A stretch of DNA of 64,000 nt from Thermoanaerobaculia bacterium (GTDB lineage: Bacteria > Acidobacteriota > Thermoanaerobaculia > Multivoradales > UBA5704): the NCBI GenBank assembly GCA_044866775.1, contig JBIOUG010000095.1:4415-68414 (forward strand), in the 5' to 3' direction. A program made the translations under genes and the position numbers. How positions within the stretch are numbered: the first letter of the stretch is position 1; each line of letters starts with the position of its first letter. The notes under the pieces were generated by a model. It worked only from the letters and a program-made list of their open reading frames with translations. It was not told the DNA's origin and did not search any database. Of the stretch, positions 62,560 to 64,000 are shown in pieces.

Positions 62560-64000
62560 ATGCCGCACGCCGGGAAGCTGGTCGCCTTCGCCTCCCTCTG
62601 GCTGGGGATCGTCGCCGGCACCGTCCCGGTCGAGCTGCTGGTGCCGCCGGACACCGCGCGCGTCGAGGTCCTCCTCGACGGGCGGCCCGCCGGCGTGCTC
62701 ACCGCTCCCCCCTGGTCGCTCCCGATCGACCTCGGCGCCGAGATCGCGCCGCATGAGCTGACCGCCGTGGCGACCGATGCCATGGGCAGCGAGCTCGGGC
62801 GCGCGCGGCAGTGGCTCAACCTGCCGCGGCCGCCGGCGGTCCTCGAGCTGACCGTCGACGCCACCCCCGAGACCGGCGGCGTGGCGCGGATCGCCTGGGC
62901 CGCGGTGGCGGGTGCGGCGCCGCTCGCGGTGCGCGCCAGCTTCGACGAGCGGCCGCTCCCGGTCCCCGATCCCGCCGCCGTGCCGGTCCCGCCGTATGAC
63001 CCGGAGGTCCCCCACCTGCTGCGGATCGAGGCCGACTTCCCCGGGGGCATCGCGGCCAGCCGCGAGCTGGTGCTGGGCGGCGCGCTCGCCGAGGAGATGA
63101 GCTCCGAGCTGACCGCCGTGCCGGTGCTCCTGGCGGGGCGCCGCGCGCGCGGCGAGGAGATCGAGGTCCACGCCGGCGACCGCCCGCTGCCGCCGCTCGC
63201 GGTCGAGAAGGGGCCGATCGATCTCGTCGTGGTCGTCGATCCCGGGGCCCGCCCGCAGCTCGTGGCGATGACGCGCGAGCTGCGGCGGATGGCGACGGTT
63301 CCCGGCGGCGCCCGCGCCATCCCCGCGCGGATCGACGGCCGCTTCGTCGCGCCGCTCGCCGCCGGCGTACGCCTGCGGGTGCTCTGGCCGCGCGAAAGCC
63401 TTCGCGCCTTCGACACACCGGCGCGGCAGGACGTCCGCTTCGAGCTCTTCACGCCCGGCCGGGAGCTGCGCCCGCGCGACGGCGGCCTCCTCTGGCACCT
63501 GATGCGCGCCGAGGCGCCGGAGCCGGCGGCCGAGTCGCGGTTTGCCGATGCCGTCGCCGTGGCGGGGCTCGTGGCGGCGCAGGAGGCGCGGCGGCGCGGC
63601 GTGCTGCTCATCCTCGGGCCCGAGGCGCGCGACGCGAGCCACTACCCGCCGGCCGCAGTACGCCGCTACCTCGAGCGGCTGCGGGTGCCGCTCACGGTCT
63701 GGTACGCCGGCGGCAAGCGTCAGGGGGAGCCCTCCGCGGCGTGGGGAGAGGTCGAGCGGGTCGCCAACCTGGCGGGGCTCGAGTGGGCGACCAAGCGGCT
63801 GGGCGAGCTGCTGGAACGGCAGCGCATCGTCTGGGTCGCCGGCGCCCACCTGCCGCAGGCGCTCGCGGCATCGCCGGGGCTCGACGGCGGCGCCATGACG
63901 GAGGCGGCCCTCGCCGCGGCCGCGAGCGGCGGCGCCGACGACGAGGCGGACACGGACGACGTAGCCGATGGCGCCGCCGCGGCGGCGGCTCCGAGCGGGG
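62560..64000 (+). CDS. hypothetical exported/membrane-anchored protein, 3' end outside window
   Basis: Not in the ORF track because no stop occurs before the window end. My translation from the ATG at 62560 (MPHAGKLVAFASLWLGIVAGTVPVELLVPPDTARVEVLLDGRPAG...) has no stop codon and very high third-position GC. The competing minus-strand ORFs are Arg/Pro-rich artefacts. Confidence 0.6.
   Translation, partial: MPHAGKLVAFASLWLGIVAGTVPVELLVPPDTARVEVLLDGRPAGVLTAPPWSLPIDLGAEIAPHELTAVATDAMGSELGRARQWLNLPRPPAVLELTVDATPETGGVARIAWAAVAGAAPLAVRASFDERPLPVPDPAAVPVPPYDPEVPHLLRIEADFPGGIAASRELVLGGALAEEMSSELTAVPVLLAGRRARGEEIEVHAGDRPLPPLAVEKGPIDLVVVVDPGARPQLVAMTRELRRMATVPGGARAIPARIDGRFVAPLAAGVRLRVLWPRESLRAFDTPARQDVRFELFTPGRELRPRDGGLLWHLMRAEAPEPAAESRFADAVAVAGLVAAQEARRRGVLLILGPEARDASHYPPAAVRRYLERLRVPLTVWYAGGKRQGEPSAAWGEVERVANLAGLEWATKRLGELLERQRIVWVAGAHLPQALAASPGLDGGAMTEAALAAAASGGADDEADTDDVADGAAAAAAPSG

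Noticed and set aside
62469-63849. Minus-strand ORFs 62469..63611, 62539..63849 and 62816..63418
   Set aside because: Their translations are Arg/Pro/Ala-rich junk. The plus-strand frame from the ATG at 62560 is stop-free to the window end, has near-uniform G/C at third positions, and begins with a hydrophobic leader. It is therefore taken as the real (partial) gene.

Overview
High-GC (about 70%) chromosomal segment from a Gram-negative bacterium (LptD and a TonB-type domain are present). I cannot assign the taxon from sequence alone.

Core, housekeeping content:
- The end of a caa3-type cytochrome c oxidase operon (subunits I, III, IV) and polA.
- moaB, a CRTAC1-like FG-GAP protein, and an HlyD adaptor with two ABC ATPases.
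- A prenol-kinase / UbiA prenyltransferase operon and a nucleotide-sugar cluster.
- A six-gene, translationally coupled membrane complex related to group-4 hydrogenases. Its large subunit lacks the NiFe-ligand cysteines (Ehr type).
- lptD, a thiolase, ruvX, mltG, a pseudokinase-TonB fusion and a WecA/MraY-type transferase.

Accessory, defence-like content is in two places.

(A) 3.2-9.8 kb:
- A DUF2442/DUF4160 pair.
- A decayed metalloprotease gene.
- A TIR-NB-ARC-TPR STAND NTPase with six nearly identical 120-bp TPR-coding repeats.
- A 22-unit 20-bp tandem array that fills the divergent intergenic region up to a DUF4143 AAA ATPase gene.

(B) about 42-58.4 kb, a mosaic island starting directly after mltG:
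- Gene fragments, an RHH protein and a SymE-like toxin.
- A type III-like Res/Mod restriction-modification pair.
- A low-GC, translationally coupled two-gene cassette (316-aa soluble protein plus a 176-aa four-TM protein) that I cannot assign to any family.
- A MazF/RHH toxin-antitoxin pair.
- A minus-strand chain of unknown genes containing a 13-unit 21-bp tandem array with a palindromic core.
- A 62-bp near-perfect inverted-repeat pair, one copy of which sits in frame inside a CDS.
- Several frameshifted genes.

Best candidates for undescribed biology:
1. The soluble + 4TM cassette next to the R-M system (50243-51720).
2. The unknown operon carrying the 21-bp array (52823-55321).
3. The 20-bp array next to the TIR-STAND gene.

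Caveats:
- No rRNA, tRNA, CRISPR array, integrase or transposase was recognised.
- Many long ORFs in the track are antisense or out-of-frame artefacts typical of high-GC DNA.
- All family assignments come from motif recognition by eye, not from searches.
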